Of a DNA stretch of 64,000 nucleotides, positions 1 through 9,320 are shown piece after piece (the first letter of the stretch is position 1; every line of letters begins with the position of its first letter). Below the pieces are notes generated by a model. It worked only from the letters and a program-made list of their open reading frames with translations, was not told the DNA's origin and did not search any database. The stretch covers positions 8,764 to 72,763 of the forward strand of contig CAZOMY010000010.1 in the NCBI GenBank assembly GCA_964581115.1. The letters run 5' to 3'. This DNA is from an uncultured Ignavibacteriaceae bacterium (lineage in GTDB: Bacteria > Bacteroidota > Ignavibacteria > UBA10030). A program made the translations under genes and the position numbers.

Positions 1-643
1 CAAGGTTCGCGATACGCGCGAGGGCCGAGCCTACTCCCACGAACTCGCCCCGTTCAACAAAGCGGTTCAGGACGGTCCCCGACATCGGGACCGTAATAAA
101 ACAATCGTCGAACTTTTTACGGACCAGCTCAAGCTGCAATGCGGCCTGGTCGCGCCGGGCGCGCATGGCCTCGACCTCCTCGGGGCGCAATCCGTTCCTG
201 AGTTTTGCGAGGGCCTGATGAGCCATGGTGGCGCGAAGCTCGGCGTCGTCGAGCTGCTTTTGCGGTATGCTGTTGCTCTGTCGGAGCTCTCGCATCCGGA
301 TCAGGTCACGCTGCGCGCTCTCGTCGGCCGCCTCGGCTTGTTTGAGGTCTTCGTGGCGTGGTCCGGTCGCGGCGAGCCGGTATTGCGCCTCCGCGGCGGC
401 CAGATTCGCCTCCGCCTGGCGCACCTGCAGGCGGTATTCACGCTGGTCGAGTACGAGGAGCGTGTCGCCGGCAGCGACGCGATCGCCTTCGTCGACTCGC
501 ACCGATGCGACCGTTCCTGCAACCTGCGCGCTGACGGTGACATCGGTCGCCTCGATGATGCCGGTGGCTTCAATGGCCGTGCCGTCGCCGTAGCCACATC
601 CGGACAGAGCGATCATGGTGACGATGAGGATGAATGATCTCAT
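1..643 (-). CDS. HlyD/YbhG-family efflux periplasmic adaptor, lipoprotein (3' end truncated by window edge; absent from ORF track)
   Basis: Manual translation from ATG 643, which overlaps the TetR stop (ATGA): MRSFILIVTMIALSGC (lipobox) ... ATGIIEATDVTVSAQVAGTVASVRVDEGDRVAAGDTLLVLD (biotinyl-lipoyl-like half), coiled coil, then FITVPMSGTVLNRFVERGEFVGVGSALARI; open to base 1. Confidence 0.88.
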   Translation of the reverse strand, partial: MRSFILIVTMIALSGCGYGDGTAIEATGIIEATDVTVSAQVAGTVASVRVDEGDRVAAGDTLLVLDQREYRLQVRQAEANLAAAEAQYRLAATGPRHEDLKQAEAADESAQRDLIRMRELRQSNSIPQKQLDDAELRATMAHQALAKLRNGLRPEEVEAMRARRDQAALQLELVRKKFDDCFITVPMSGTVLNRFVERGEFVGVGSALARIANL

Positions 644-1281
644 AACGACCTCTGCGTAGAATGTTGGTTCAAGATCTCTTCGACGGCATGGTAGCGTTCC
701 TCGGCGTTCGACGCCATGGCACCAAGGAAGAGGATGCGAAAGATGCTTCGGAACGCTTCGTCGGGCGCCACCGGCAGCTGAAGGAGCGCCGTCGGATTCA
801 GGATGCCTTGCACCGAATGGAAGAAGACAAGGTAGAATAGCTCAATGTTCACGTCTTGCCGCAGGACACCTTCGTCCTTCGCTTGCTGCATCAGCCGCTT
901 GACCTTTTCAAAGATGTGGATGCGCCTGAACTCTTCGATGTGCTTCCACATTCCCGGAAGGTTGCGGCGGATGTCATCCATGAAAGAGGGACTGATCCGA
1001 TTGGTGACCTGACCTGCGATCGCGAGGATCTCTGCCAGCTTCTGTTCGAAGGTCTTGTTCGACATGATCACATCGTCAATCTGACGGCCGATCCGGCGCG
1101 TCATGAAATCGATGACGCCTCGCAGAAGGTCGTCCTTGCTCGGGAAGAACTTGTAAACGGTCTTCTTGCTCATTCCGAGTGCGGTTGCGATCTCGTCGAC
1201 GGTGACCTTGGTGAAGCCTTTGGAGAAGAACTGATCGCGGGCGTTGACGATCAGTCGTTCTCGCTCATCGGCATCTACCAT
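640..1281 (-). CDS. TetR/AcrR family transcriptional regulator
   Basis: N-terminal HTH ARDQFFSKGFTKVTVDEIATALGMSKKTVYKFFPSKDDLL. ATG 1281 preferred over TTG 1293 because GGAG lies 6 nt upstream. Confidence 0.93.
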   Translation of the reverse strand: MVDADERERLIVNARDQFFSKGFTKVTVDEIATALGMSKKTVYKFFPSKDDLLRGVIDFMTRRIGRQIDDVIMSNKTFEQKLAEILAIAGQVTNRISPSFMDDIRRNLPGMWKHIEEFRRIHIFEKVKRLMQQAKDEGVLRQDVNIELFYLVFFHSVQGILNPTALLQLPVAPDEAFRSIFRILFLGAMASNAEERYHAVEEILNQHSTQRSL

Positions 1282-1294
1282 GTAGTACTCCAAA

Positions 1295-1320
1295 GAAACC
1301 GAATAAGTTCTTTTAGTTTC
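1295..1320. promoter_or_regulatory. Putative TetR operator 1 (GAAAC-N16-GTTTC)
   Basis: GAAACCGAATAAGTTCTTTTAGTTTC, an imperfect palindrome just upstream of the tetR RBS; 15/26 identical to the second site at 1365-1390. Confidence 0.5.
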
Positions 1321-1364
1321 CAGAAGGCCAAGAAAAACGGCCCAGAAATAGGGCCTGCTCGCAA

Positions 1365-1390
1365 GGAACTAATCTCGTTTCTTACGTTTC
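1365..1390. promoter_or_regulatory. Putative TetR operator 2 overlapping the predicted tetR transcription start
   Basis: Minus strand GAAACGTAAGAAACGAGATTAGTTCC; same length and end motifs as site 1; directly downstream of the -10 box. Confidence 0.45.
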
Positions 1391-1391
1391 C

Positions 1392-1420
1392 AATTTACTT
1401 CTTCTCGCGGACGATGTCAA
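1392..1420 (-). promoter_or_regulatory. Sigma-70-type promoter for tetR-hlyD operon
   Basis: Minus strand TTGACA-N17-TAAATT (-35 at 1415-1420, -10 at 1392-1397). Confidence 0.75.
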
Positions 1421-1548
1421 GAGAAATCTTCAAGGGCCTGGACGCTTATCACATCGAGAATCCTACTCCCAAACCTACGCTCTCCGCTCGAACCTAAACC
1501 GATTCATTGCGCATTTCGACTGCAGATTGACACCGAGGCCGGCCTTGA

Positions 1549-1565
1549 CTGGCTCAGTAATTGCT
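1549..1565 (+). promoter_or_regulatory. Sigma-54 (-24/-12) promoter for GH5-CBM6 gene
   Basis: cTGGCTCAGTAATTGCT: GG-N10-GC spacing with TGGC and TTGCT flanks, 42 nt upstream of ATG 1608. Confidence 0.7.
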
Positions 1566-1607
1566 GTACCCGTGGAGTCCTCAGATCACTCGGTTCCCGT
1601 GACAGTC

Positions 1608-3626
1608 ATGCTCACCTACGAACCCACATTTCGAACGGTCTGCTTCGCCGTGATCGCGGCCCTCCTGTCGATGCTCGCCGCCGTTCCGGCCTCTGCCCAA
1701 GGTTACCTCCACGCCTCCGGGCTCTACATCGTCGATGGGTCCAACAATCAGGTCATCCTTCGCGGAATGGGACTGGGCGGATGGCTCGTGCCCGAAGGCT
1801 ATATGCTCGGGACCTCGTCGTTCGCCGACTCTCCCACCGCCTTCAAGAATGTTGTTACACAGCTCGTTGGCGCTCAGAACGCCGAGACCTTCTTCCAGGC
1901 CTATCGCGCCAGCTTCGTGCGAAAAAAGGACATCGACAGCCTCGCGAAGTGGGGATTCAATTCCGTTCGGCTCCCCATGCACTACCATCTACTGACCTCA
2001 GCCCCCGGCGTCTATCTTGAAAGTGGCTTTGCAATCATCGACAGCCTCCTCGATTGGTGTGAGGCCAATCGGATGTACCTGATCCTCGATCTCCACGCGG
2101 CTCCCGGAGGACAGAATACCGGCAACATCAGCGACTACCAAGGGCCTCCTTCGTTATGGGAGAGCACGATCTATCAGGACTGGACGGCCTCGCTTTGGAA
2201 GACCATCGCCGCCCGCTACAAGAACGAGCCGTGGATCGGCGGATATGACCTTCTCAATGAAACGGCCTGGACGTTCCCGACCGGCAACGGTACCTTGCGC
2301 GCGTTCCTGGTTCGGCTGACCGACAGCGTGCGCTCGGTCGACCGGAACCACTTGATCTTCGCTGAAGGCAACTGGTACGCCACCGACTTCAACGGTCTCA
2401 CGCCGGCGTGGGACGCCAATATGGCGTGGAGTTTCCACAAGTATTGGAACGTGAACGATTACAACGCCATCTCGTACCTCCTGACACTGCGCAGCATCAC
2501 TCAACGACCCCTGTGGCTTGGCGAGTCGGGCGAGAACTCCAACCACTGGTTCAGCGAATGTCTGATGTGGATGGAGCTGAACAAGATCGGCTGGTCGTGG
2601 TGGACCCTCAAGAAGATCGAGAGTATCTCTGCGCCCCTTTCTGTCACCAGGACCGCCGGCTTTGACGCGCTCATCCGGTACTGGAGCGGACAAGCGCCGG
2701 CGCCAAGCGTCACCGCGGCCATGAACTACCTGCTGGAGCAGGCCTCGAAGTTCGAATCGGAGAATTGCACACTGCGGCCGGATTATCTCAATGCGCTCTT
2801 TGGATACCCAACTCCGGGCCAGCGGAGGCCGTACGCGCAGCTGAACATACCCGGCACGATACCGGCGGTGCATTACGACATGGGTAAGAATCTTGAAGCC
2901 TACGCCGACGCCGATCACCAGAACGTCGGCGGACCAGGAGGTTCGACGTACAATTCGGGCTGGACGTATCGGAACGACGGCGTGGACATCGAGCGCTCGA
3001 GTGATCCGTTAGGGAACGGATACAATGTGGGATGGACCTCGGCAGGCGAATGGCTGGGCTACACGGTGAACGTGACCACAGGCGGGACGTATGCGATCTC
3101 CGCCAGAGTTGCATCGGCATCGGGAGGTGGGAGCCTGAGCCTCGTGCTCGACGGAGGCGAGTCGATGCCGTTCTTCGTTCCGGCGACCGGCGGATGGCAA
3201 TCGTGGTCGTCGCTTTCCCTTGGACAGGTGAACCTGGCCGCCGGCATGAAGGACCTCCGCGTCAAGGTCCTCACGGCCGGGTTCAACTTCAGCTCGCTGA
3301 GCTTCACCCTCCTCACGTCGGCCGAAGACGGGTCCATGCCCTGGTCGGTCGAGATATCGGCCGCGTATCCGAATCCCTTCAACCCGGAGACGCGGTTCGA
3401 CGTGACGCTCCCTTCGGAAGGTCGCGTGATCCTCACGATCACCGACCTGCTTGGACGCATTGTCCACCGGGAGGACGCCGGCGTACGGCCGGCGGGACGG
3501 CATCCGATCTCGTGGAAGGCGGCGGGGGTGACGTCAGGAGTCTACTTCTACACCTGCGAAGCGTGGCCCGTCGCGCAGGGGATCGCACCGGTGGTCCGGT
3601 CTGGAAAGGTGATCCTCGCCAAATAG
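1608..3626 (+). CDS. GH5 endo-beta-glucanase (resembles subfamily 46) + CBM6 + T9SS type A CTD
   Basis: Signal peptide; GMGLGGWLVPEGYM, FNSVRLPMHY, LDLHAAPGGQ, acid/base YDLLNET, FHKYW, nucleophile WLGESGEN; CBM6-like RNDGVDIE...NVGWTSAGEWLGYTVNV; CTD YPNPFNPET...GVYFY. ATG 1608 chosen because TTG 1527 lies upstream of the sigma-54 motif. Confidence 0.9.
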   Translation: MLTYEPTFRTVCFAVIAALLSMLAAVPASAQGYLHASGLYIVDGSNNQVILRGMGLGGWLVPEGYMLGTSSFADSPTAFKNVVTQLVGAQNAETFFQAYRASFVRKKDIDSLAKWGFNSVRLPMHYHLLTSAPGVYLESGFAIIDSLLDWCEANRMYLILDLHAAPGGQNTGNISDYQGPPSLWESTIYQDWTASLWKTIAARYKNEPWIGGYDLLNETAWTFPTGNGTLRAFLVRLTDSVRSVDRNHLIFAEGNWYATDFNGLTPAWDANMAWSFHKYWNVNDYNAISYLLTLRSITQRPLWLGESGENSNHWFSECLMWMELNKIGWSWWTLKKIESISAPLSVTRTAGFDALIRYWSGQAPAPSVTAAMNYLLEQASKFESENCTLRPDYLNALFGYPTPGQRRPYAQLNIPGTIPAVHYDMGKNLEAYADADHQNVGGPGGSTYNSGWTYRNDGVDIERSSDPLGNGYNVGWTSAGEWLGYTVNVTTGGTYAISARVASASGGGSLSLVLDGGESMPFFVPATGGWQSWSSLSLGQVNLAAGMKDLRVKVLTAGFNFSSLSFTLLTSAEDGSMPWSVEISAAYPNPFNPETRFDVTLPSEGRVILTITDLLGRIVHREDAGVRPAGRHPISWKAAGVTSGVYFYTCEAWPVAQGIAPVVRSGKVILAK

Positions 3627-3748
3627 CTGTCGCATCGTTCCGTGACATGCGAGGTCTGCACACGATGCATGCCGACCTCCTTAACGATACCGCTCCCCTG
3701 CCTCCATCGGTGCGACTGTTCTGCTTCGTTCGAACGGCAGATCGTTCA

Positions 3749-5557
3749 CTACTGCAGATACATGAGCCGGTGGCCTCGCGAGCGATTGCTGCCTTCGAGC
3801 ACTCCGACGTAAATTCCCGAAGCCAGTCGTCGCGAGGCATCGGATGCAGGATCCCACCGAAGCAACGATGTCCCGGTTCCTTCCACTCCTTGCTCACTCA
3901 CCATCCGGCCTAGAAGGTCGTAGACCCGGAACATGGCTTGTTCACCCGCCGGTACGCGCAGGGCCACCTGTGTCGTTCCGTTGAATGGATTCGGATAATT
4001 ACCCAAGATCCTCATGGATTCTTCCGACGGCGCCTCTCCGAGCCCTTCATCGACGCCGGTTCCGATGTAACTCACCATCATGCCATTCAGCAGCGGTCTG
4101 TCAATCAGACCCTGAGCGTGGATGTTGATCATACCGTCGCTCACGTTGGCCAATACGCTTCGCTGATAGGCCGTCCGCCATCCCGAATTCGCATACAGGT
4201 CGAACGCGGTGACAGCGGCATTCCCCTCGACGACGATCGTCGATACCCGTTTTCCGGTCGCCGAAAAGTAGTTCTCGGCCATCATCAACGTGACCATGTA
4301 GATGCCGTTCGGCACGCGGACCGTATACTCGGTGAATCCGGCCAATTCCGTCCGGTAGACGTCTTGATACGTCGTTCCAGTGATCGCAACGCCGGGGAAT
4401 GACCCGGCGGAGCCCTCTGAATAGCCGTACTCAACCCCTGCACCCCACGGCTGGTCGGGCAAGAACGATCCACCGCCAGCGCCCCCCAGATCGATGTACA
4501 CCGGGAAGGCCAACGGCGCCGCCTTGAACGGGACGACCGCCTTCAGCGTCGAGGTGTTCGGGGTCGTCGAGCGGTCCGTGATCCCCGAGATGGCGATCGA
4601 TGAAACGCTCGTGGAAAGCACGCCCGGCACACCCAGCAGTACGGTCCGGCCATCGGACAGCAATTGCGCGGACGTGATCGTGTTCGAAGGGATCAGGAAG
4701 TTAGAGAACGTGGTTGCGGACGTCTCGGTCACCTCCTCCGAGAAGTGGATCCGAACCGCGTCCGTTTCGATGCGTGCCCATAGCGGCGTCGGCGCCACAC
4801 CATCCTGATAGCCCAGCGCGGTCTCAGACGTCAGACACAGGACGAGATTGCCGTCGCGGAAGACCGCGTTCTCGTGGACGAAATCACAGTTGTTGCCGCC
4901 CCATGTGTGAGTTGCCTTGTCCCATCGGGTCTGATCCCATGCGTCGAAGTCGTCGCGCCACTCCGTCGTAAAGTTGTTCCCCGTGCCGGTGTTCCCCCCA
5001 CCGGGCGTGTACGATGCATATCGCACCCAGTCGTAATAAGCGAACGCCGGAAGGACGGCGGCATTCCACTCCCCCGCCCAATCGGGATGGGCGGGCGGCC
5101 AGACATTCATCATGAGCTTCTGCGGTTGGTTCAACGTGGCGATATGCTCCCCCGTCTGCCGGTAGACCTCCACGGAATCGATGAACCACGCGACGTAGTC
5201 GGGGGTCCATTCGAAGCCGTAGACATGGAACTCACGCGCCGTATTGAACGGGACGTAGCGGTGGCTCACGTGGTGCGCCTGACCGGGAGTGATTGTATTG
5301 AACTGCACGTCGTTCGTATACCGGCCCATGATCTCGATGTCGATCTCATTCCACGGGGTCGAGGGATAGGAATCGTTGTACGTAAAGAACGACGTCAGCA
5401 TGCCGCTGCGACCGTTTGCCTTGATGCGGGCCTCGAACCGGCCGTACAGGAACGATTGCTTCGTGCGATACTCGGCGCCTTTGATGCTCTTGCCCTCCAA
5501 CGGCAAGACGAACAAAAAAGAAGCCAGCATCATGCAGATCAGTGCGTGAGTCTTCAT
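3749..5557 (-). CDS. Circularly permuted GH16 lichenase-type beta-1,3-1,4-glucanase + Ig-like + malectin-like domain + T9SS CTD
   Basis: GAEYRT...YGRFEARIK, WNEIDIE (ExDxE), FHVYGFEWTPD; the normally N-terminal DDFD...W...NAVFRDGNLVLCLT follows the core; malectin-like VYRTEL...YTVRVPNGIYMVTLMMAENYF; CTD NYPNPFN...GIYVGVL. Confidence 0.88.
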   Translation of the reverse strand: MKTHALICMMLASFLFVLPLEGKSIKGAEYRTKQSFLYGRFEARIKANGRSGMLTSFFTYNDSYPSTPWNEIDIEIMGRYTNDVQFNTITPGQAHHVSHRYVPFNTAREFHVYGFEWTPDYVAWFIDSVEVYRQTGEHIATLNQPQKLMMNVWPPAHPDWAGEWNAAVLPAFAYYDWVRYASYTPGGGNTGTGNNFTTEWRDDFDAWDQTRWDKATHTWGGNNCDFVHENAVFRDGNLVLCLTSETALGYQDGVAPTPLWARIETDAVRIHFSEEVTETSATTFSNFLIPSNTITSAQLLSDGRTVLLGVPGVLSTSVSSIAISGITDRSTTPNTSTLKAVVPFKAAPLAFPVYIDLGGAGGGSFLPDQPWGAGVEYGYSEGSAGSFPGVAITGTTYQDVYRTELAGFTEYTVRVPNGIYMVTLMMAENYFSATGKRVSTIVVEGNAAVTAFDLYANSGWRTAYQRSVLANVSDGMINIHAQGLIDRPLLNGMMVSYIGTGVDEGLGEAPSEESMRILGNYPNPFNGTTQVALRVPAGEQAMFRVYDLLGRMVSEQGVEGTGTSLLRWDPASDASRRLASGIYVGVLEGSNRSRGHRLMYLQ

Positions 5558-6780
5558 GGGCTCTCCGGGACCTTTCCACCCAACGCCTCAATATACTCTT
5601 TGTTGACGATGGTTCGGTCAAAAGCGCAGTTGCGCAGATACTCATCCAGCGTTGCTCGTGCCTCGGCCTCATTCGGACGGTTGGCTCGCAGGTCCGCATA
5701 CGTCGCTCGCGGCCGCGCCGCGAACCATCGTATCGTCTCCCAACCGGCCGGCCGTTGGATGCTGACGAAACAACTGGCGGCGTCGAGCTTCTTGTAAGGC
5801 CAGAAATGCCATCCGATACGGTGCCGGTCGAGGGTCTCGCGGAACTCTCTGATCCATGCGTTGGTATTCTCTCCCGATTCACCCATATAGATCGGCACGT
5901 GGTACCGGTCGCGGAACTCGAGATATTCCCGGATGACCTCCTCGGTCGGGGCCGTCCAGTACTTGTGGAATGTGTACATGGCCTTCCGGTCGAACGGGGG
6001 ACCGAAGACACGAAAGTTCGAATCCCACTGAGCGCCGCCCAGGATCACAATGTGATTCGTATCCACCTCCCGCACGGCTGCCACGATGCGACGGTACAAC
6101 GGTTCGAGGAGCGGATTCAGGCGCGTTGTATCGGCAAAGTGAGGGATCGGCTCGTTCAACAGGTCGTAGCCGATGACGATCGGCTCGTCCTTGTACCGGC
6201 CGGCGATCGTTCGCCAAAGGTCGATCGTCAGTTGCTGGCTGGATGGGCTGGTCAACAGGAACGGCATGCCCCAGCTGTCATCGATGTTGTCCCCTGTTTG
6301 CCCGCCGGGTGCGCAGTGCATGTCAAGGATCACCAGCAGGCCTTCGTCGCGGCACCAGCCGATGACCCGGTCGAGCATCTCGAATCCCGGTCCGCCCCAC
6401 ACTGTCGGCTCATCCTCGCGGACGAAGAGCCGAAAGTTGAACGGGACGCGGATGCTGTTGAACCCCGTTTTTTTGATGAAGCGGATATCGTGGCGCGTAA
6501 TGTAGATATCCCTGAAGCGTCTCCAGAATTCCACCGCCTCTCCGGGACCGATCAGCTCATTCAGTACACCGTGGATCATCCGAGGAGACGACGCCGTATC
6601 GAACTTGAACATGTAGCCCTCGGGAACGAGCCAATTACCGAGATTCACGCCGCGGAGCAGTAAGGGCTTCCCGCGTCCGTCGATAAGCTCGGAACCCCGA
6701 ACCGTCACAAACGACTGGGCATCAATGGCGCCGGCAGCGACGAGCAGAAGAGCGAAGGCACGGACCATCCTCATGGTCAA
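5554..6780 (-). CDS. GH5 glucanase (resembles subfamily 46), single domain, probably periplasmic
   Basis: Signal peptide; GVNLGNWLVPEGYM, LDMHCAPGGQTGDNID, YDLLNEP, TFHKY, YMGESGEN; no CTD; 4-nt overlaps with both neighbours. Confidence 0.92.
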   Translation of the reverse strand: MTMRMVRAFALLLVAAGAIDAQSFVTVRGSELIDGRGKPLLLRGVNLGNWLVPEGYMFKFDTASSPRMIHGVLNELIGPGEAVEFWRRFRDIYITRHDIRFIKKTGFNSIRVPFNFRLFVREDEPTVWGGPGFEMLDRVIGWCRDEGLLVILDMHCAPGGQTGDNIDDSWGMPFLLTSPSSQQLTIDLWRTIAGRYKDEPIVIGYDLLNEPIPHFADTTRLNPLLEPLYRRIVAAVREVDTNHIVILGGAQWDSNFRVFGPPFDRKAMYTFHKYWTAPTEEVIREYLEFRDRYHVPIYMGESGENTNAWIREFRETLDRHRIGWHFWPYKKLDAASCFVSIQRPAGWETIRWFAARPRATYADLRANRPNEAEARATLDEYLRNCAFDRTIVNKEYIEALGGKVPESP

Positions 6781-9266
6781 TTCCTCAGTGCGATGGACTC
6801 GGTGAACCGGATCAGGCGAGACGAACTACCGACGCGGATCCCGTAGTCGCCGGGAGGCGCCACCCAGTTCTTCACGTGCGTATCGTAGTAGGAAAATGCC
6901 CTCGGTTCCAGCTCGATCCGAATGCTCCGCCGTTCGCCGGGAGCCAGGTCCACCCGTGCAAAACCGCGAAGCTCCTGTCGTGGACGCTCAAGAACCCCTG
7001 AAGGATTAGCAACATAGACCTGCGCGATCTCCGCCCCGGCCCGTTCGCCCGTGTTGACGATATCGAATGTCACTTCAACGCGAGGGGCCGGAAGCCCCTC
7101 CTGAAGCTTGACCCGGAGGTTCTCATACGTGAAGGTGGTATACGACAGCCCGTGTCCGAATGCGAAGCGTGGCTCAATGCCCGCCCGGTCCACGTGACGG
7201 TAGCCCACGAAAACGTCGTCGGTGTACTGCGCAACGCCGGGCTCGTTCGGATAGGTGCCGTACGACGAGTAGTCTTCCCAGCGCTTCAGAAAGCTGGTCG
7301 TCAGCTTGCCCGAAGGATTCACGTCGCCGAACAGGACCTGTGCGATCGCGTGCCCTCCCTCTTGTCCGGGATACCATGCCTCGAGCAACGCCGGCACGTC
7401 GCCGACCCAGTCTTCCATCAACACTGCGGCACCGCTGTTCAGAACGACCACCGTCCGCGGATTGGCGGCCGCAACGGCCTTGATGAGCCGTACTTGGTCC
7501 GCAGGCAACAAGAGGTCGGGGCGGTCGAAGCCCTCACTTTCGAACCTGGCGGAGTATCCCACGAAGAGCACGGCCGCATCGGCCGACCGGGCCGCCGACG
7601 CCGCTTCCTCGATCTTTCCTTTTTGATCCACCGACCACCCGCACCGGACAACGGCACTTCCGCCGTCCTCGTAGTATTCGAGCTTCAGCTCATAGGTCCG
7701 GCCGGCATCGAGGTTCACGCGGACCTTGTGATAGATCTCGGCATGGTTCTTCCAATCGTCGACCAGCATGACCCCGTCGAGCCACAACCGGATCCCGTCG
7801 TCGCTGGAGACCTCCAAGAGGCGCTCGCCGGCAACGTCCGGCGTCAATGTCGCCGTCCAGCGGGCGGAGAACTGATCGGACGGAATGGTCGTGTCCGGGC
7901 TGTCCCCCACCCAATCATGATCGATGAGGGGTTCGACCCGCGTCAGCTTCGGCTTCCCGGCGAGGTTCATGTTGTCGAAGTATTCCGCCTTCCAGCCTTT
8001 GCCGGACATGCCGCCGCCCGGCGTCAATTGCGCCGGGTCGATCGGGACCAGATCCCCTTCGAGCTTGACCCCTTGTGCGAACCGAACGTCGAGGCCTGGA
8101 GCGGCTTCACGGATGGATGCCAGCGGAGAGACGGCCAAGGTCGGACTGACCATGGAGCTCCCCCCGCCGCCGGTCCGCAAGATGTCGGCATTCGGGCCGA
8201 TCACCGCAAGCGACCTCAAAGACGAACGATCGAGCGGAAGGATGGATCCTTCGTTCTTGAGCAGCACGATCCCTTTGGCCGCCGCCTCGCGATTCAGTGC
8301 CTGATGCGCACGGCTCGTGATCACCCCCGCATCGGCCTTCGGAGATGCCTGATCGATCCTGTTGTCCAGCGCCAGGCGCAGGATGCGCGAGACGTGATCG
8401 TCGATCGTCGACTCTTGGACCTCTCCGGAACGAACGGCCTGAAGCAGACTGTCGCCGAAGTGCCTGCCGGTCGGCATCTCCAGATCGAGTCCCGCATTGG
8501 CGGCCGGCGCCACAGCATGTGTCGCCCCCCAGTCGGACATCAGCAAGCCGCGAAATCCCCAGCCGTTCTTGAGGATGTCCAGATTGAGGTGGGCGCCTTC
8601 TGTTGTGTAGGGTCCGTTCAGTCGGTTGTACGAGTTCATCACCGCCATCACATCCGCCTCGCGCACCGATGCTTCGAAGGCCGGGAGGTAGATCTCGCGA
8701 AGCGCCCGCTCACTCACCCGGGCATCGACCGTCTCCCGCTCGAGCTCCTGATTATTGACGGCGAAGTGCTTGACGGTTGCTGCAACACCTTCGGACTGGA
8801 CGCCCCTGATATACGCCACGGCCATCCGCGCCGCCATGAACGGGTCTTCGCCAAAACTCTCGAAGTTGCGGCCACCGTGCGGTACGCGATGGATGTTGAC
8901 GCATGGCGCCAGGAGGACATTCTTGTCCTTCGCTTTCGCCTCTCTCCCGAGCGCTTCGCCCACGCGTCGAACGAGGGCCGTATCCCAGCTGGCAGCCAAC
9001 GCGATCGAAGCCGGGAATGCGGTCGCCCGGCCGGTCCTGACTCCGAGCGGGCCGTCGGTCATGCGAAGTGTCGGGATCCCAAGGCGAGGGATCGCCTTCG
9101 TGTCGAAACCTGTCCCCCCCATCAGGGAGACTTTCTCTTCAAGCGTCAGTCTGGAGAGAAGGTCGGCAATAAGCTTCTCACGCTCGAGAGCCGATGCCCA
9201 CGGTTGGCCAACGGCCGCGATCGAGAGAGCGATGGTCAGCGCCAAGGAACGAAGCAAGGCTTTCAT
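6777..9266 (-). CDS. GH3 beta-glucosidase with PA14 insertion and Fn3-like C-terminal domain
   Basis: TDGPLG, GRNFESFGEDP, KHFAVN, nucleophile MSDW, PA14 (GWKAEYF...FSARWT...SSDDGIRLWLDG), SEGFDR, FVGYR...FGHGLSYTTF; signal peptide, no CTD. Confidence 0.93.
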   Translation of the reverse strand: MKALLRSLALTIALSIAAVGQPWASALEREKLIADLLSRLTLEEKVSLMGGTGFDTKAIPRLGIPTLRMTDGPLGVRTGRATAFPASIALAASWDTALVRRVGEALGREAKAKDKNVLLAPCVNIHRVPHGGRNFESFGEDPFMAARMAVAYIRGVQSEGVAATVKHFAVNNQELERETVDARVSERALREIYLPAFEASVREADVMAVMNSYNRLNGPYTTEGAHLNLDILKNGWGFRGLLMSDWGATHAVAPAANAGLDLEMPTGRHFGDSLLQAVRSGEVQESTIDDHVSRILRLALDNRIDQASPKADAGVITSRAHQALNREAAAKGIVLLKNEGSILPLDRSSLRSLAVIGPNADILRTGGGGSSMVSPTLAVSPLASIREAAPGLDVRFAQGVKLEGDLVPIDPAQLTPGGGMSGKGWKAEYFDNMNLAGKPKLTRVEPLIDHDWVGDSPDTTIPSDQFSARWTATLTPDVAGERLLEVSSDDGIRLWLDGVMLVDDWKNHAEIYHKVRVNLDAGRTYELKLEYYEDGGSAVVRCGWSVDQKGKIEEAASAARSADAAVLFVGYSARFESEGFDRPDLLLPADQVRLIKAVAAANPRTVVVLNSGAAVLMEDWVGDVPALLEAWYPGQEGGHAIAQVLFGDVNPSGKLTTSFLKRWEDYSSYGTYPNEPGVAQYTDDVFVGYRHVDRAGIEPRFAFGHGLSYTTFTYENLRVKLQEGLPAPRVEVTFDIVNTGERAGAEIAQVYVANPSGVLERPRQELRGFARVDLAPGERRSIRIELEPRAFSYYDTHVKNWVAPPGDYGIRVGSSSRLIRFTESIALRN

Positions 9267-9320
9267 GTCCATTCGGAGTGTGGAATGCGATCGGAACGAT
9301 GTGCGGTCGAGCGTTGCATC

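Noticed and set aside
1527-1607. TTG start at 1527 for the GH5-CBM6 gene
   Set aside because: Lies upstream of the sigma-54 motif and delays the signal peptide; ATG 1608 fits better.
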